DNA of 59,125 nt, filler included, from Catajapyx aquilonaris (GCA_000934665.2; 2 parts of 2 records of this genome joined end to end with filler, not necessarily neighbours in it); one strand, 5' to 3'; positions 11,125 to 25,754 are shown, counted from the whole stretch's first letter. The notes: generated by a model not told the origin, from the letters alone. A program made the numbers and translations.

Positions 11125-11733
11125 CTGCAAATAGATTGAAATTGCATGATTTACATTTTTTCCTCCAAAAAAGATACATTTAGAGACCAAATGGTAGCAA
11201 CTATAGCCAAGTATGGAAAAAAGTGAGTATTCTCTGGTTTGAAATTGTATCATTCCAACTCTCATTTTACACATGATTTTTTTTACTTCTTTGTATAACA
11301 TCCTCACCAGTAGAGTTGGTTTTGGTGTAAAGGCACACCCCCTCACCACCTTATCTGAATCCCACCCACTCTGGATATCCCACCAAGATTACTCAGGGGC
11401 TAGAAGGCACTGGAAGACACAGGTTGCATATGTCACAAACACACACACACCCCATTCATGTGATAATTTCTGAAGTATTACAGCTGTATTAAAAAGGTTA
11501 TCCTCATATAGACGCAGAATACCCCATATGTCATCCTGTGATATGTGCCGGAGAGCATGCAAGGCAGCAGACATTATGTCAACGGTGTCTGCCATGTCCA
11601 GAAACAGTACGTTCTTTAGCACAATGATCTGTGAATCTGTGTCACCTGTAATGCCCTGTCCAGAAGCCCTTTTCTTGTATGGAGCAGTTATTTTGGGTCA
11701 CATACAAGGACACAAAAGATGCACCAGGGAGCC

Positions 11734-12412
11734 AATGGGGAAGTAGCCTTGGTCTGGGATTTGGGATTTTTGTTCCTAACTAGCTAGCCCATGCCTGTAA
11801 ACATACATTCCATCACTCTGTTGCATCAAAATGACATTACTGGATAAATTACGGCACATTTAAAAGTGCCTTCAAAATTGGCGGGAAAAATGCCCCCGCC
11901 GGGTGGTGCCAATCGAAAGGGTACACTGAAATGCCTGGTTGACTGCGAGATATGAGGAATTTGACTTTGAATTAACCGCGGACACGACGGAAAGCATTCG
12001 GAAGGCGGCTGTAGGCCATCGAGGTGGAGAAGGGGGGCCTTCATGTGCCGAATTCGGGTGACAGATAATTCCGACCTGGTGGCATCACTGCCATGTACAA
12101 AGCGGCTTGAGCAACCTGGAATAAATACGCGCCCCGGCCGTTATCTTGCTCACGGAATGGGCGGTTGCTAACAACAGCGAAGCATTTTACAACAATGACG
12201 GGGCGCTTTCTATAACACCATTTTTGCGTTCATTTCACTTCGCGTGACGTCAACATTTTCTAGGCTAACAGTGACGTCACCATTAGCCTACATAAAAACC
12301 CCAATTACTCCGGAACTGAAACTGATATCTTAAAACGGAATATGCCAAAAAAATCCAAAAAATATGGGCGAATTTATTATGTAGTTTCCAAAATGAAGGC
12401 TACTTCCCCATT
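11734..12412. mobile_element. MITE with 17-bp TIR AATGGGGAAGTAGCCTT (superfamily unassigned)
   Basis: TIRs at both ends. Reverse-orientation copy at 37146-38091 and an end fragment at 29640-29683. Confidence 0.8.
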
Positions 12413-12463
12413 GCAGTCTTGTGCAAGCTGTGCATTTGCAGTTACATAAATGTAGTAATTAGG

Positions 12464-12774
12464 TGTTGTTTTTTTACTGCACCCCATTATCAGGCCCTGG
12501 GCACTTGTTAGGGGAGTGGGATACCACCATTTGTTGGAACCATATACTGGATATGTCTAGTTGTTCCAAGGGTAAGTAGGAGGGGATGTGCAAAGTGCAA
12601 GTGCAATGTCGTTGATTGGTCATTTTGTGAACTCCCCCAGGTGGATTAGTCTAGCGGAAATTTCCACCCGAGACGAAGCCAGAGATGGCCCAACTCTGCA
12701 CGAGATGAAGGGGGGAACCCCGGGACCGTAACATCCATGGGCGCGTGCGTTACCGCAGCACCACTCCGCCTCCC
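12464..12774 (-). mobile_element. tRNA-derived SINE
   Basis: Head GGGAGGCGGAGTGGTGCTGCGGTAA (A-box-like), A-rich tail, 11-bp TSD TAGTAATTAGG (12453-12463 and 12775-12785). Core shared with 29287-29539. Confidence 0.75.
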
Positions 12775-12911
12775 TAGTAATTAGGAAATTATCACATATA
12801 TTAAAATTCTGGCATGTTTCTAGAACCCTCTGTGGCCATTTTAAATGAGACAAAATTGTAAACTCTCAATTTCCAAGAGCAGATTTTCACAAGTCACAGT
12901 AGATATTAGCG

Positions 12912-13664
12912 TATCCGGAAAGTAAGGTCCGTTATTTATTTTAAAAACCCCAATGCTCCTCCCACAAAAATTCTATTTATACACCTGAAATAGACAACTG
13001 TGTACTTTTTTTTTCAAAATAGTTTCCAAACAAATCGAGGCATTTTTCATTGAGTTACACAGGATTTTGTGGGCCTATGTCATAAGAGTCTGCCTCCAGC
13101 CATTTCCGCTATCTCTGGACGCTGGATTGCAACTCCTTGTAATTGGCAACCTTCTGCTATGCGAGCCATTTCGTCCTGTCCATGGACAGGTGGTAATCGC
13201 TAGGCTCTAAATCCCGGGTGATCGAACAATTCACACTTCAATTGTCGTGGCAGGGTATACCAGTACGCAAGCACAGGCAGTAGGCAGGCGGGCATTGTCG
13301 TGCAAGAAAAACTCCAGGAACTCAACATGCCGCTACACAATAATTCAAGTGCGAATTGTTCGACCACCAGGGATATAGCGCCTAGCGATTACCACCTGTC
13401 CATGGACAGGAGGAAGAAATCGCCTGCAATGCAGACTGTTGACGATCCAGCGTTCAGGGATAGTGGAAATAGCTGGCAGCAGTCTCTATGACATAGGCTC
13501 ACAAAATCTTGTGTAACTCAATGAAAAATGTCTTGATTTGTTTGAAAACTTTTGAAAAAAAACAACAAAAAAAGTAGACAGTTGTCGATTTCAGATCTGT
13601 AAATAAAATTTTTGGGGGCGCATAGTGTCTTGTAAAATAAATAACAGGCCTTACTTTCCGGATA
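12912..13664. mobile_element. Mariner-derived palindromic element made of two inverted 3' ends
   Basis: TATCCGGAAAGTAAGG...CCTTACTTTCCGGATA ends, with imperfect arms of about 280 bp. The right arm region still encodes IAPSDYHL, and its inverted counterpart is at about 13185-13205. Confidence 0.7.
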
Positions 13665-16600
13665 TTTCAAATCTGAGTCTCACTTTTTCATGTAATTTTA
13701 TTCGGCACAATTTCTACAAAAATGTGTCGTGGTTCACAATAAATATATTCCTGGCCAGCCTCCCTCATTGGTCAGGTTTTTTATACAAATACTCAAAAGA
13801 ATTTGACTTCACTAATGTCAATAGGTGCATTTACACTACAGGGGCTGCATGGGTGATTAAAAACATGTTCTCAACCAAGTTTCTGCTGCATCAGGTGCAC
13901 CAATTTGCCACCACCTAAGCAGTGCCCTATTCCCAGGTGAGATTAGTTCCAATACAGAGAATTTATAAAAGTCCTAGGTGATGAATATGCCCATGTTCAT
14001 AAAACACCTGGCACAGTGTAGTGATTATAGCCACCACCATCCACCTGAGGTCCTGCATTAATTTTGATCCCTGGGCCAGACAGCAGATTTCCTCACATGG
14101 TACAAGTTTCAATGGGTTCTGCGCTCACATAGGTTATCTCATGGCACCCAGGTTTCCTCCTCCTCCTCTCAAAAATCCATCAGCAGACTATGGTTATGAG
14201 GTCACAAGACTATCGCTTGGTGATAAAATGTGTGGTACATTGTCCAGTCACATAGCACCCAAACCTTCGCCCAAACCATTTCCACTGATTTCCACAGTGC
14301 CCCTCCTGATCGATCTCATCTAAACCCCCTGGCACGAGTGGCACCCCAATTTCTCCTTGGCTCCAGAAGACAAAGACCGCAATTGGCGGGAAAAAGTAGA
14401 TAAGCACAGGCACCCGGGAATACCCCCAAAACTCCGTCCCCTTCCACCTGCAAACATGCCCATACGCTGTAACATGTCTCGCTATGCCCGTCCCTGAACT
14501 GGCATGCCACAAGGAGGCTCTAGGGCTACTGGCTACGCACGTTAACCGGGTCTGCGCCATTTCTAGCGGCCGCTCCACTCTTCCGTCCTCTCTGCTCCTC
14601 CCGCTCCGCCACAATCTAGGAGGACAGCAAGATCCAATATGGCCAACGGTTCATGACGGTTCATGCAATAGGGTCAATTGAATGAGATTTAAGCGTTTTA
14701 TATCATCTGAAACGATGCCTTGCAATTTTAAAATGTTTTTTGGTAACATAATATGTTAAAGTGTTTTGGAAAAACAGTATTAAATTTGACTTAACCAGCA
14801 TGGGTGGGCCGGATCCCGGCAGATGGCAGGAGGATAAACAAATTGGTACTGCGGTTCATGCCATCTGCTGGGAAATAGGCCAGGTGGTTGTCGAATTACG
14901 GTAGCAGCTCAGGCTCAGGCTTGATACAGTATCAGGAAACAAATATTTGTTAGTTCCTATTAGTGGTCCCTATACTTCCTAGTGATTAACCCGAATGTCA
15001 TAATGCCGGCTAACGTCGAGACAGCTTTAAAATTTTGGAATGAAAAGTTAAGATTGTTAGAATGACGACGAGTTATAAAAAGGATGGGTCGCAATATTAT
15101 AAAATGCTTCTTGGATCTACACACTGCTGTACTCCCGATTATCCTGGTGCGGATTATCCGTACATGACTAAAACAAAGACATTCCGTACACAAATATGTG
15201 CAGCTTTTTTGCTGACATGTCCTCACCTGTGCAACTCCCACCAATCAATGATAGCTTCTGCAATATTCAGCCATATAGAGACTATTATTATTGCTGTGAT
15301 TTTATTATGCAGGTTATTTCGGATTATTTACATAGTTGCACACTACTATTACTCCAGGAGGTTCCTGAGTATACTCAACTTTAATATACGTACAGCATGC
15401 AAGGAGTTTCTCTGCTCAAGATGACTATCCGATGAGTAGAGGCAGAAAATAGTAGTTGAGTTGTTGAGCAAATAAATTCCAAAACTGGCCACATATTCGG
15501 AATGAGTGATTTAAAAAAATATATTTTTGAGTCCAAACTCATAAAATGCACACATCAGGCATGGCTGAATTCGGAATCGTAGCAAAAAATGAAAAAGTGA
15601 ATATTCAGTATAACTAAAAAGTTCAAAATAATTGACATTTGGCAATGCGGGGCCTGGCAGTAATTAGTGGGGGAAATCCCACAGATGATCAAGGGTGCCT
15701 CGCTTCTCTTATCGAAGCCGAAGTGCCTAAACAAAGGGCCCTGGGAATTTCCTTCTACTAGTTGTGCCATTAGCTCTTGGTTGTGCATATGCAGCTTCTT
15801 AAAAATAACCAAAGTAGGCCTTCGTGTGTGTTAAGTTTCAAAAATCTTGCATTATGACGCAAGAATGATTTCTTAAGTGGGACAATGAAGGAATCACATG
15901 TGCATTGAGTGAACCATGCATAGTTCACTCAAGTCTCCGTGGTCATCTGCCCCGTCCGGATTTCGCTGCATATGTTAAAAGTATAGCCTATTCTGGGTCA
16001 TGATCGGGGGAGGGGGAAGGTCCCTTATTGGGTCTAGGGGTCATCTGGGCCCTTAACTTCCGCTAGATAGGTACCGGTGCATATTCGGCTAAAGCAGCTG
16101 ACAACAGGGGGAAAAATATTTGATATATTTAAAAAAATATTCTTGTTGCGATTGGTGGGGGGCCCCTGGAGCAAGTGCACCATTGTACCACGGTAAATCC
16201 TGCTTTCAACATGCCACATATGACGGCGAGGTTTTCATTCCAGAAACAGATATGCCAATATTAGTATTTATTGCACTTTTTTTTACATCACAGCAATGAC
16301 GAGCAATGGTGCTGATTTTGATTAACAAATCAAATATTTTCAAGTCAATTTATTGACAGTTGTTAACACAGGTGACTGCAAGTGCCTTTACATGAGCAAT
16401 TCCCAATTACAATAAAGCAGCAAATGTGACTGATAAGCAGAAAGGCAATGAAAATAGAGCGCTCAACTTCCTCTTCCTTTCCTTCCAATCAGAAACATTT
16501 GTTCAATGCTCCAACCCTTCCCTCCACAGAGTTGTCTACGTATATTTAACAGGCACTGCAGAATTGTTATGATTCTGGTATACATATCCAGCAACGTATG

Positions 16601-19600
16601 GTGGAAATCGCGGCGTCGCGTCGTAGAGTCACTACTGGAGAACCACCATCTGAAAATGCAAATGTGTGAGTAACCATTCATCAATTGTACTAGTTATTTA
16701 CCTCTTATGAAGCCAGGCTCACTGCTTTGTGCCTACGTGCTGTATTTTTGAGAATTGTAGCCAGATACGATCAAACGGGATACGGAGCTTTCAGTTGCTG
16801 CACCACCGACCTCATTAATGATGAATTCCATCATTTATTGCAGTTTCTGAAAGTGAATCGACATTAGCAGAAATAATCGTATACACAAGATTATCACTTA
16901 CCATGCTAGTCATCTTGCTGAGATGATTGTCCTGTTGGGAGGTCAGTTTTATGGACTCCCTGTAGTAAAGTCCGGCACATTTTTTTTTAGCTCATATCCG
17001 GAATTTCTGCACTGAAGATATCCTGCAAAAAAATTGAGAAAAATTATACACAAGTCGGCAAAACGAGTTGCAAATAAAAAGGATACATTACGTAAGCTAC
17101 GTCCAACTGTAGTAGGACCAGCTTCACCTGAAAAATTCAACTAGCAAATTAGCACATTTTCAAATGACGTAATCAAAATAAATTGCTGCAACTATCGTTA
17201 CAGGGGCTCTTTTTTGTCACATTTCCGTGTTGCAGTTTGGCTAATCGAGGCGAATATATGGCCTACCCTAACACCTAACACGTACGCAACACGAATATTC
17301 GTCTCGTTCAACCATAACTTCAACCGCAATCTGAAGAAAAAAAGCCCCTTTTGGCCATTCAATAATTGCAATAGAATTCACTGACACATCAGGCCGTGAA
17401 TCCCATTTCCAATTAGGCTGGCCGACAGTAACTAGCAATCTCACAAAGGTCTCTTCGTACTGGATTTGCAACAATGGGACGTCAGGCACAGGTTTTTGGG
17501 ACAACCAGTATTCTGGAAAGACAGGAAACCAAATTGGAAAAAATGCATTTTTTAAACAAATTGACCCCCCACCCATCCAACCCCCCACCCCTAGTCTGCC
17601 TTACATGACATTACTTCCGGCATTTGATGACAAATGCAATAATTCCCAACAATGGCCAGACTGCTCAAATCACGCGTCCCTCCCCCCTGAATTTATTAGA
17701 AAGGCTCCACTCATAGCTAGCATCTCACCCTGGAAAGGCTTCTGATCTGATCAGAGGAGACCAAAACAGCTCCTCTGACCTTTTGACCCCAAGTGCTTTC
17801 CAGAGGGAAGTGTTGCGTTTCCTCAGCCGCCTCTTCAGCCGCCGTCTGATTGACCTTGACCTGAATTGACCTGCCTTGAACACTAAACCCATCCAAAAAT
17901 GACGGCAGCCAGACGACCTCCACGCTATACACTTCCTCCCCACATCACGTACACACTCAGCCAAACATGCCACCGCATGCCACGGACAATATTGTTCGTA
18001 GCCTACCTATCAACCAATAATTGTCCGCAATATTTGGCCGATTGGTGTACGATAACCAGAAGTGTGTAATTAATATTGACACATCAAGTCTGCAAGAGAC
18101 ACGTTTGGAGCAGCGGTCCAACCCACCGATGCCATATTACCAAACCTCTCACAAGACGAGTGTGTGGGAACCTGGAAGTGTCTTGTGTTGGACCATTGTT
18201 GGGTCCTAGTGGAGCCTTTCTCTATGCAAGTCACCTTACACTCCAACGGTGGTTGACATCAAATGGGGTCCGATGGGGCAGGCAGGCAGATGATAAGTCT
18301 CATGTAGGATGGCACTCTATAGGGAGGAAAGAGTAGATGAAAATGATTGACATCGTGATACTATACTGATACACCATGTACACACTCACAACTGACTGGA
18401 TGGGTGGAAAGTATCTCCGCTGATGATTCCAATCCTGTTCCAATCACTCCGACAATAATCTGACGAATGAACAGAGGTGGCTCTGAACGGCCTATTTTTA
18501 TGCCTTCATGAGGGAGATAAGACCAAGCAAGGATCGAGTCACTTGACATGCAGAGGCTCATGGGAACTGTTTTTTTGCTTCTCTTTTTCTGTAGGCAGGA
18601 TTACCTGGGAACTGGCCTGCTCGATCGTGATACATTTTATATACTCTAAGAAGGATAGTTGCTAAACATTTCATCCCAATTTGATTAGTATATTTTTCAA
18701 AGGACGCAAATACAGCCTAAAATCGATCTTGAACTAACTTGACCCATTAGTTTCTTCGCAATTTAAAACAATTTGCTTAGAAGGCAATTTGCGGATCCAA
18801 ATCCTCAGTTCAAAAGGGATGACGACTGGAGAAAAATACGCCGAAAAAAATGGCCAAGTTGTCCCAGTGGAGGCAAAAATATTTCAAACTTAACCTATAT
18901 AAATATAATTATGTATGCGTTGTCTATGCCAATTAAAATGGCAGTGGTGAGGTGACCTGAATCGCAAAAATTCCATCTACGCGGGTGTGAGCTAAATTCT
19001 GAAACACGTTTGAGTACCGGGTGACCTTAAAAAAGTTACCACACAAAAATGGACATTTGATTTCATTCATCATCGAACAAGACATATTACTGGTCACACA
19101 TGATAATCTTCCTGTCGTCATTTGCATCACCCCAAAATCTGTCATAAAAAACTGTCAAAAACTATTAGCGTCCATGTGCGGTCCATTCCAATTTAGTGCA
19201 GGTACAGGTTGACTGTCAGGTCAGAGGTCACCCGAGCACGATCACCTCCGGGTCAGGGGGCAGCACGATCGGCTTGTATTCAGGTGGTTTGGGCTTCATG
19301 TAGCTAAGGAACTGGTCAGGTATCTCCTGTAGTCACCTCTTTGGCCAGACCACGCCTGACCGCTTGACCTTCGTAGCTACGGGTAAACAAGCCACATGAC
19401 GCCCCATGAGTCAACCAAGTGTCACATATATTTTTGTGTATGTGACACTTCCGGAACGTAGATGTCAATTTACCGAATGACGATTAGATTGAGGAATTGC
19501 AGCTTTGAAAAGGTAGTTGTACTACATCACGTCCGAGGGCACTCCAGGGGCTTCCAGGACAAGGTAACCAACCTGGGAGGTATTTAGCCATATGAGAGGG

Positions 19601-20611
19601 TGTCAGGAGCACTGTATGACCCAAAGTTTGTCCAAAATGTGGTCCCAATTTTCTCCAAAATATGTCCGAATTTCCTCTCAAATGTGGTCCGAACTTTGAT
19701 CTTGGCACACTTCCTCCCACATCCGCAGCAGCATGGCAACATTCTTTTAGGACATAGCCTACCTACAGGTGCAGCGTGCAGAAATGGAGAGGTGTGAACC
19801 TTGCACCCACAGATTGGGGATGGAGAAGTGAAAATGGCCATCTCGTCCCAGTGACAAGCCTCCCTGGCCGCAAAAAGAATACAACAATGAAACCTACACC
19901 ACTGAAAGGTTATGAATAGGGGATTACTTCAAAAATGTTCTGAAATTTCAAGTCTATTAGGCTCGTGTCAAGGGTCACGAACTTTGACTTGCCAACATGA
20001 CACGTAATTTTAATCTGATATTTTTGGTCTGTTATCACCGAATTATGCGTACCGGTTAGAATAATTGAAAGCCACCTTTTTCGTGTATGTGGGATGCACA
20101 GTTACTGAAATAATCGGGTTATTGTAAGCATCAAAATGGAAGAGTCCTCATTTTTGACCTCGTCCTTGCTCGTGACCTATGGACTGGTTTAAAAAAAAAT
20201 CCAAATTCGACAATATGTTCCAAATTTCGGTTTTCTAGAAACATGTTGGGTGAACATATGAATTTTGGTTGTATCATCTCACATGGACTGCAGCGACCCT
20301 CTTGCAACTTCGTGGCGCCCCCTTATGGCCATATGGCACTTATTGCCACTGCAACCTTTTTAGAATATTTATTACCTCCAACAAAGTTTTTCCACTAATT
20401 CGCCGTTTAATTTGTGCTGAGAACGAGGCCCAACGGAAAGTTGGTAACCTTCTGTTTGAATGTAGTCATCCATCAATATGGGGTCGCCTATGTGAACCTC
20501 ACACTTTGACACTTATCGATGGCCAGATTTTTTTGTGCAAAGGGTGATCACGTTCACGTGGAATTGCCCAGTAGCGGACCAAATTTATTTGGAACTATTT
20601 CTAGATATATT

Positions 20612-20775
20612 AAGGTGTGTTCCCAAGCTCGTAAAAATTGGTATTAGCAACATCGCAAGAGAGAGTGAGAATATTGTTCTCTAACCCCATTTTGGTTCAT
20701 TGATTTCTCATTCACTCTAAAAAGTCTCAAATTCTCTCTAAAACTCTCGTTCTCGCAAGTTTAGGAACACACCTT
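20612..20775. mobile_element. Small MITE
   Basis: TIR AAGGTGTGTTCC/GGAACACACCTT with partial internal inverted symmetry. Confidence 0.55.
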
Positions 20776-23333
20776 CATAATCACGCTGTGTATATTTATT
20801 AGGATTATGTTGTAAATCCAATCAAAAAAGAAACAATTCCACTGAACAAATAAGTGAAAAAGTTCTGTATTGCAATACAATAAAAATTATACGCATGATC
20901 CAATATGTATGTACTCTGCAGAATACTAAATATGTTTCAGATGAGCATGGACAAAAATATTTCGGAAGAGGAACTCTGGATACAAGCCTATAACCTCTTG
21001 GTTAACATGGGGCACGATTTTTATATTCATGCCTTGAGGACAATGTCTTACATAGGCTGCAAAGCCATTCGACGAGTATTTGGAAGCATACAGTTTAATC
21101 TTAGTGGACTGAAGCACGTGAGTATAAATAATCTGACCTAACTCAAATTTTTCACACACTAAATAACTGTAATTATGCTTTTATTTAGGCAGCTGAATTT
21201 ATGAAGCAGAACCCTGTCATACTAATTCCTACACATCGAAGTTATTTGGATTTCATCTTTAAACGGGGTATGAATTATTATTATTATTATTATTTTTATC
21301 CAGGAATTTATTTAGTACCGTACAGTACCCTGCAGGAAGTATTGTCAGTCACGCGTCATGTTATGGCGAAAATGCAATGATGCCGAGTCGCAGAATAGCG
21401 CAATAGCTGTAGCGGCTGCTGAGTAGCAGCTACACAGCTCTGACCCCCCCCCCCCCCTCGGGGTCACCGTAGCAGTCCAAGTAGTCGTCCTGGACTTTGA
21501 AGAGGTGGCCAATCTTCAAAAGGACGTCCTTCACCTCGGAGTGACTTTCCTTATCAGACATGCCGGCCTGTGACCACAACAACCAAAAGGAGAGGATGGG
21601 ATAGGACACTATAAGATGCTACCATACACCCAACATGTCCGGAGGGAGAGGGTGGCACACCATTGTTGGCTCGGATGACTCACCATGATCAAGGCTAGTC
21701 TGGCTGGACCGTAGAAGCAATAGTTCGAGGTCTTGTATTTGACTATTGTTGCGTATCTGGTATCTCTCTTCAGTGAAGAAGTTGAGCCTCATAATGAAAT
21801 ATATCCGATGAAGGTATGCATTATTTTTCACATTTTACTTTTCCATGCAAAATTGTAACCGATTTGAAAATAGTTCAGTAAAAAATGATCAGTTCGTCTT
21901 TATTATTTTGTTCTTTTATTCTTTATTTCACACATCAGTGTGGAAACCTAAAGTGGAGAGTTTCAGTAGGTTCTCTCCATGTTCATGGGGGCTTTCTTAG
22001 GGTTCTCTCATTTCCTCCCACAATCAACATCCATCAGAAGTACTGTTCCAGCATGCATTTTCTTGAAACCATATTGTACTAAATGTAAGCCACGCATCGT
22101 CGAAGTTCTACATATCTTGCACGCTTTGGCCACGATACATTCTGGGACATTTTAAATAGAAACCAGCTCGAGTTAATCCATATTGCTACTATGAGTGACA
22201 TTTTGTACCAACCAGCAGCTGAACATATACGGTAACCTTTCGCGTGACATGAAATAGCATGTCATCTTTCTTTCACACTGCTGCAGCTTGTTATCAGATC
22301 AGACAATCAATGTTCCTAATTGGCACCTTTTATTGCTTAGTGTCGCCTGCAAGTTTTTTTGTCTTCCTAATTGGCACCTCACCATAAATAGCCTGTTAGC
22401 TCAGCATTGACGGATCTGTGATGTGGAAGAGTTTCTAACAAGCTCTCCTGGATGCTTGGTCGATCATGAAGTTAGATGCACTAATGGTTTCCCAGGTAAC
22501 AGTATCCCAGTGACGAACACTCTCCAGGCTTCGATGGTCCAGTACCCCATAGCTTATATGTGCTGGGGACTCAGCGCAGTTGAGTTGGGGCTTCGATGAG
22601 GCCAGGACGTGGGTGAAGTCAAATCCTACCAACCTCAACCTTCAACAGTTTTAGTTATTTGGCTGACGTTTGGTGACCTGGGTCAGGTAGCTGTTTTGTA
22701 AAAATGTGTATTGGTTATTCCATGCCTAATAATCGCGAGAGGTGCTTGTGAGTTTTAGATTTACAAATATTTTGCATATACAGTATTGTGATTTTAAACA
22801 TGCTACTCTGCATCCAACGCAAAATCTTTGTGCCCGAAGACTTTTAAAACTGTTTTCACGGTTTTTGAAGTGATTGTTGGCTGCTCCTTTGGAAAAATAT
22901 ATTCCCTCCAGGCTTGATAAAGAACACAATTCATACAGATCCTAAAAGACACTTTATTAGTTGACACGTCAATCATTTTTTTAACCTGAACAATGGCCAA
23001 AATGAGCCTTCTTCCAAATCTGGCCTAATTTCTCCGATTTTATTTGCTGCACAATGTTAAATAAATTATAAGACACAAATTACAGCGATATGTCTCCTAT
23101 AGGCATAATTGCAAATTCAAGTAATACCATGGCAGTAAAAATTTTTGAAACATGGCAAATTTTTTTATTACAAAAATTCAGATATTGTGGAAGCTGTATC
23201 TTATTACGTACTAGCAGAGGAGCCCGTTCTTCGCACTGCCTGTTTCCATGGTAATCACCAACAAAATGCTGTTGCCCTGGGCAAACAAAAAACAAAGAAA
23301 CTTTGCCTTACATACGTAGATTATCAAAACATG

Positions 23334-23380
<47 letters not shown>

Positions 23381-23384
23381 TAGC

Positions 23385-23720
23385 AACAAACCCGTGTGTA
23401 GTGTCTGGATGTTGAACTTGGTGTCAGTCAAAGTACACAGAAGTGATTGAAGGCGGAGGGGGATAATTGGACAGTGTTGTGAAATAATGGGTCAACCCAC
23501 AAAAATGTCGAAATTGAGTTATGCCCAGGAACATACACCCTAATAATAGTAGCCTACCGATACTTCATTCAGTTAAAATCAAGGTGGCAAAATCTGCATA
23601 CATCTGCCACAAATGACCGAAAAGTTAACTCATGAATGGTGTGCATGGACGGTGTTATGCAATGATTTGTCAACCCACAAATATGTCAAAATTGAGCCAA
23701 GCCCAGGAACATATACCTAA
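23385..23720 (+). repeat. Dispersed repeat preceded by (TTTA)n; second copy at about 36413-36708
   Basis: Collinear sequence CAAACCCGTGTGTAGTGTCT...CAACCCACAAA.ATGTCAAAA in both places. Confidence 0.75.
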
Positions 23721-23862
23721 AGCAGAGGTTCTTAACCTTTTCGGGCCTCCGCACCCCTTTGTAGACAATATACTGTATTGGTCCTTGTCGCACCCCCTAC
23801 ACCAGGGGTGATTAAGTTCATATAGCCATAACGCCCTAAGTAAAAGTAAGTGCTAAAGAATC

Positions 23863-24200
23863 GGGGAGGTGTATTGGCCGAGATGGTAACGTCTCGGCTT
23901 CCTGAGTGAAAGGTCCCAGTAGGTTCGGTCCCCGCCTGGAAGCTCCCTTTCGCCTGCGTCAGGAGGGTCTCTGACCCGAACCTTGGAGGTGTCTGGCAAC
24001 CTAACCTCCTGGAGGACTGCACATGACCCGCTTACCGACATTGCACCTGCACCCGTGTCCCCTCCCCAGAAATCCCCATCCATATACCCGATTTCCTTTT
24101 GTCCTTGCACCGGTGCTGAAGTAAAAATAAGAAAAATTATATTTACGGTGGTTCACCCCCCTAAAGGAGCTCCGTTCTCTCTAATTGGGTAACGTAAAAA
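23863..24200 (+). mobile_element. tRNA-derived SINE
   Basis: A box TGGCCGAGATGG, B box GGTTCGGTCCC, tail GGGTAACGTAAAAAAA. Degenerate TSD AAGTGCTAAAGAATC/AAGCGCACAAGAATC. A paralogous empty site lies at about 26741. Confidence 0.75.
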
Positions 24201-24223
24201 AAGCGCACAAGAATCAAGAAATA

Positions 24224-25272
24224 CAAGGTGTCCGTGAATTGACCAGTCAGACCTGTACCAGTGGCTCCATTGACACCAGAGGATCATGTTATGTAGAGGA
24301 GTCATTATGTCTGGGCAGCCTCATTACTGAGATAATTACCTTCAAACGACAAATACAAAGTATCCTGGGAGGTATGGAAACCTTCAGCCCCGAAATCGTA
24401 TCACCGGTCAAAATAGCAGTGATCCCATTTGGCGACTAGCATGTCGCATGGCACACACTGACACGCATTAGGGAGGGCCGCAGGGTGTCCTGATGACCGA
24501 CCCAGGGTAACCCAGGGGTAACCACTGACCAGACCCAATCGCTAAATCGCAAATGATCAATTATCTCACAAGGGAAGTGTAAGTGTTGTCCGTGGAGTTG
24601 CTGAATGAAACTTGGCACAATAATATAGGCATGCAAGTTATTAAACAAAATGCAAACAATTTAGGCGAATGCCCACAAGGTCAAAAGTTATGACCTCTCG
24701 AACTCACAAGGGACAGTTTCCAAGGTCACGCCGATTTTCTTGAAATTCGGTACATTGGTAGGCCACCCCAGGGGACGAAAAACGCACCTAAAGTGACCTG
24801 CTCAAAGTGACCCGGTGACCCCTTCTGGGGCTACCAATGCACCGAATTTCAAGAAAATCGGCGAGTTTTCGGCATTTAAGAGTTGACCTGTCCCCCAAAA
24901 GGGGTCACCGGGTCATTTTGAGCAGGTCACTTTAGGTGCGTTTTTCATCCCTTGGGATGGCCTACCAATGTACCGAATTTCAAGAAAATCGGCGAGACCT
25001 TGGAAATTGTCCCTTGTGAGTTCGAGAGGTCATAACTTCTGACCTTGTGGGCATTCGCCTAAATTGTTTGCATTTTATTTAATAACTTACCTGCCTATAT
25101 TATTGTGCCAAGTTTCATTCAGCAACTCCACGGATAACACTTACACTTATTCCATTGTCAGTGATGAGGCTGCCCAGTGCCCAGACATAATGAATCCTCT
25201 ATATAACATGATCTTCTGGTGTCAATTGAGCTACGGGTACAGGTCTGACTGGTCAATCCACGGACACCATGG
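24224..25272. mobile_element. Large foldback element of Tc1/mariner type (TA TSD)
   Basis: Outer arms about 24227-24330 vs 25157-25270; inner arms about 24574-24823 vs 24899-25149. TA on both sides; the empty paralogous site AAATACTTACATC is at about 26759-26771. Confidence 0.85.
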
Positions 25273-25754
25273 TATTTACATCAACGTCAAGAATAGTATC
25301 GTTTTTGAAGCTAATTGCTTTCATCGTTGGTCAAAACCGAAGAGTTCTGCTATAATATACAGGGTGATTCTCCCGAATGGAAACCCAAACATTTCTCAAT
25401 AACTTTTTAACTATGGTATGGTTCCCGCTGAGAATTGACATGTACTTACCTTGTTTGGCATGATACAAGGTAAGTACATGTCAATGTGGGCGCCACTCCG
25501 TCTCCCCATGTGTAATTACTCTGAGGCGAATACTATGTCTCCTGTATATCATAATTTTATCCTGAGACGGTTTATTCTACATATTTAAGCCAAAGGAACG
25601 ATACAATGCAAGAAGGGTGTAATTGTGAGCATTAAAAGTATTTAAATAAAATATAAATTACATGCCGATTTCGATGAAAGTGCTGTCATGTATTCATGTT
25701 GTATAATTATAATTATCTGTCATTAGGTTTAGCACAATTTCGATTTTCATAATA

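Noticed and set aside
11806..11827. ATG CAA CAG AGT GAT GGA AT|gtatgt as the LIG1 start exon (MQQSDGM+SFF)
   Set aside because: It lies inside a multi-copy MITE and does not give QxxIxxFF spacing.
23863..23940. tRNA gene
   Set aside because: A/B boxes are present but there is no full cloverleaf; it continues into a SINE body with tail and TSD.
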